The position numbers were made by a program, and so were the translations under genes. The notes under the pieces were generated by a model, which searched no databases, was not told where the DNA came from, and saw only the letters and a program-made list of their open reading frames with translations. Positions 26,888 to 27,992 of a stretch of DNA of 27,992 nucleotides are shown here, piece after piece (position 1 is the stretch's first letter; each line of letters starts with the position of its first letter). The stretch spans positions 1-27,992 of the forward strand of contig MGLG01000046.1 of the NCBI GenBank assembly GCA_001795975.1, given 5' to 3'. Source of the stretch: Candidatus Yanofskybacteria bacterium RIFOXYD1_FULL_42_10 (GTDB lineage Bacteria > Patescibacteriota > Minisyncoccia > 2-02-FULL-40-12 > GWA2-44-9).

Positions 26888-27992
26888 GTGATTACAAAAG
26901 AACCGATTTTAGCTAAAATACTGCGATATTTAATGTATGCCACGGCATTGGTGCCTTTGATTATTTTTTCGCAGTTTATGTCGCCTTTTCATTTTGGAAA
27001 AGTGATTGTTTTTCGAAGCTTGATAGAAATTGCTGCCATTCTATATATTTTATTGATTTGGCAAGACAGAACTTATTTGCCCAAAATAAATAAAATTTTT
27101 TGGGCATTTTTTCTGTTTGTCATTGCTTTTACTGTTACGACCGTAACTAGCATGGCGCCTTTTTCAAGTTTTTGGGGATCTCTTGAGAGGATGGGTGGTC
27201 TTTGGACATTTGGGCATTATTTTGTGTTTTTTGTAATTCTTATATCGGTCTTAAGATCTAAGCAGGATTGGAACTTATTTTTAGAGATTATTATTGTTTC
27301 GGGAATTTTATCCGCTATTTACGGATTCGGACAAAAAACCGATATGAAATTTTTTATCGGCAGTGGAAACAGGGCGAGAATTTTCGGTACGCTTGGTAAT
27401 CCCGCCTTATTTGCCGGTTATCAATTGCTTACACTATTTTTAGCCGGCACCTTATTTTTTAGAAAAGATAATTCCAGAAATAAAAAAATATTTTTTGGTT
27501 TGGCGGCAATTATTATGTCTGTGGCTGTTTTAATGACTGCCGTCAGGGGTTCCATTCTTGCTTTAGGCCTTGGGTTTTTAATTTTTGCTTTTTTATATTC
27601 TTGGCATTATAAAACCAAAATTGCCAAAAAAATTCTTATTGGCTTATTATTCTGCGCCGCTTTGTTCGTGATTTTTTCTTTAACCATGAAAAATACGGCA
27701 TTTGTCACAAAGTCCAGTTATTTGACCAGGGTTACCAATCTTTCTTTCGGTAATTTTACGGTTCAAACAAGATTTTGGGCTTGGCAAGCGGGTCTTAAGG
27801 GGTGGAGCGAAAGTCCAAGAACCGTATTACTGGGTTGGGGACCGGAAAATTTTAACATTCCTTTTTCAAAAAACTTTAATCCAAAATTTTTCACGGGACC
27901 CGGCTCCGAAACTCTTTTTGACCGCGCTCACAATATGTTTGTTGAGGTTTTGGTGACTATGGGATTGTTGGGTTTTCTCGCATATGCGGGAT
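26888..27992 (+). CDS. O-antigen ligase/Wzy_C-like membrane protein (3'-truncated by the window edge; not in the ORF track)
   Basis: Translated by hand at both ends and at key motifs, which are in one frame: PFHFGKVIVFRSLIEI, GTLGNPALFAGY, GWGPENF, FDRAHN. Multiple TM segments. Start GTG 26888 or ATG 26933. Confidence 0.85.
   Translation, partial: MITKEPILAKILRYLMYATALVPLIIFSQFMSPFHFGKVIVFRSLIEIAAILYILLIWQDRTYLPKINKIFWAFFLFVIAFTVTTVTSMAPFSSFWGSLERMGGLWTFGHYFVFFVILISVLRSKQDWNLFLEIIIVSGILSAIYGFGQKTDMKFFIGSGNRARIFGTLGNPALFAGYQLLTLFLAGTLFFRKDNSRNKKIFFGLAAIIMSVAVLMTAVRGSILALGLGFLIFAFLYSWHYKTKIAKKILIGLLFCAALFVIFSLTMKNTAFVTKSSYLTRVTNLSFGNFTVQTRFWAWQAGLKGWSESPRTVLLGWGPENFNIPFSKNFNPKFFTGPGSETLFDRAHNMFVEVLVTMGLLGFLAYAG

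Noticed and set aside
26867-26890. GIY-YIG stop (TAA) is in frame with the downstream ligase-like ORF, suggesting readthrough or a broken fusion
   Set aside because: A shared frame occurs one time in three by chance, both proteins look complete, and TAA is a poor readthrough codon.
1-27992. CRISPR array, tRNA/rRNA, transposase, integrase or integron attC array
   Set aside because: No regularly spaced direct repeats, cloverleaf or rRNA motifs, or recombinase ORFs were seen. The intergenic palindromes differ from each other and lack attC core sites.

Overview
AT-rich bacterial window using genetic code 11 (TGA acts as a stop). It is probably from a Patescibacteria/CPR (Parcubacteria-like) genome, inferred from gene content and A-rich SD-less leaders. 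Almost the whole window is one surface-glycan biosynthesis locus. It encodes two NeuB-family ulosonate synthases (one fused to a TIM-barrel isomerase-like domain, one short form lacking the SAF domain), two SpsF-type cytidylyltransferases, a KdsC-like HAD phosphatase, an SDR, a fused transketolase, a B12-binding radical SAM enzyme, a class III aminotransferase and a DUF4910 peptidase-fold protein. It also encodes three class I methyltransferases, two paralogous HP-motif proteins that look like circularly permuted GT-B sialyltransferases, other GTs, gmd-fcl, a Wzx flippase, a frameshifted and motif-degenerate ABC exporter at the left edge, a GIY-YIG nuclease and an O-antigen-ligase-like protein at the right edge. 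No canonical NeuC/Leg/Pse precursor genes are visible, so the locus may make an unusual ulosonic acid. The main non-coding signals are a rrn-boxA-like 12-mer between promoter and SD in six gene leaders, a 140-bp element with 21-bp perfect terminal inverted repeats near the GIY-YIG gene, and a perfect 36-bp GC-rich palindrome. All motif matches were read by eye; no database searches were run.
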